Source: Candidatus Heimdallarchaeota archaeon
GTDB lineage: Archaea > Asgardarchaeota > Heimdallarchaeia > Heimdallarchaeales > Heimdallarchaeaceae
Direction of reading: 5' to 3'
Assembly: GCA_016839945.1 (NCBI GenBank)
Contig: JAEOTE010000136.1
Span: forward strand, 1 to 15,459
Length of the DNA stretch: 15,459 nt
A program made the translations under genes and the position numbers. Of this stretch, positions 15,108 through 15,459 are shown in pieces (position 1 is the stretch's first letter; each line of letters begins with the position of its first letter). A model generated the notes under the pieces. That model saw only the letters and a program-made list of their open reading frames with translations, did no database searches and had not been told where the DNA came from.

Positions 15108-15135
15108 CAGGAAAGCATTTGGTTGGTTTTTAGTA

Positions 15136-15459
15136 ATGAATAAATCAGAAAAACCATCTCATAAAAAAGAGGATAATATATTTCGTTTAATGTTTGAAGA
15201 CTCTCTTGATGCAATGTTTGTTACAACAAGAGATGGAACCATTAGGGAAAGTAATAAAGCATTTGTTGATTTATCCGGCTATTCAAAAAAAGAATTGCAT
15301 AGTATAAATGTAGTTGAATTGTATGCAGATGCTAATTACAGAGAAAAATTCCAAGATAATATAGAGAAGGAAGGATTTATCAGTAATTTTGAATTTAAAT
15401 TCAAAAGGAAAGATGGTTCAATAAGAGATTGTTTAATTTCAGCTACAATCTTGTATAAT
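15136..15459 (+). CDS. PAS-domain sensor protein (likely a histidine kinase or other signalling protein), 3'-truncated; not in the supplied ORF track
   Basis: MNKSEKPSHKKEDNIFRLMFEDSLDAMFVTTRDGTIRESNKAFVDLSGYSKKELHSINVVELYADANYREKFQDNIEKEGFISNFEFKFKRKDGSIRDCLISATILYN... matches the PAS S-box pattern (FRxxFExxxDA, DGxI, N.AF..L.GYS..EL, RKDG). The frame is open to the window end. Confidence 0.9.
   Translation, partial: MNKSEKPSHKKEDNIFRLMFEDSLDAMFVTTRDGTIRESNKAFVDLSGYSKKELHSINVVELYADANYREKFQDNIEKEGFISNFEFKFKRKDGSIRDCLISATILYN

Noticed and set aside
1-15459. CRISPR arrays, tRNA/rRNA genes, IS elements and long tandem repeats
   Set aside because: Intergenic gaps are short (at most about 280 bp) and AT-rich. 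I saw no repeat-spacer periodicity, cloverleaf-like GC stems, transposase or terminal inverted repeats by eye.

Overview
AT-rich (roughly 30-33% GC by eye), densely coding window that is most likely archaeal. Support: a proteasome assembly chaperone, Hef-like and XPD-like helicase genes, BRE/TATA-type promoters and GGTGA/GAGGT Shine-Dalgarno sites. A DegV gene and a PAS sensor alongside these would fit an Asgard (Heimdall/Loki-type) genome, but that is inference. It holds 14 credible CDSs, two of them cut by the window edges: an ALDH/acyl-reductase-like protein, MsrA, a ProXp-ala/PrdX-type tRNA-editing protein, a D-aminoacylase, a Cys-less asparagine-synthetase-like protein, a Hef/FANCM-like pseudo-helicase, an Fe-S XPD/Rad3-like helicase, DegV, a PAC2 proteasome chaperone, a SAM methyltransferase, glyoxylate reductase, an M29-like protein with altered metal ligands, an OYE-type flavin oxidoreductase and a PAS protein. 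There is also a probable decayed EamA/DMT remnant. No rRNA, tRNA, CRISPR array or mobile element was seen. The most notable element is an apparent two-gene operon pairing an intact-frame Hef/FANCM-fold protein that has lost its ATPase motifs with a motif-complete Fe-S XPD/FANCJ-family helicase. It is transcribed divergently from an AsnB-like / D-aminoacylase / tRNA-editing operon.
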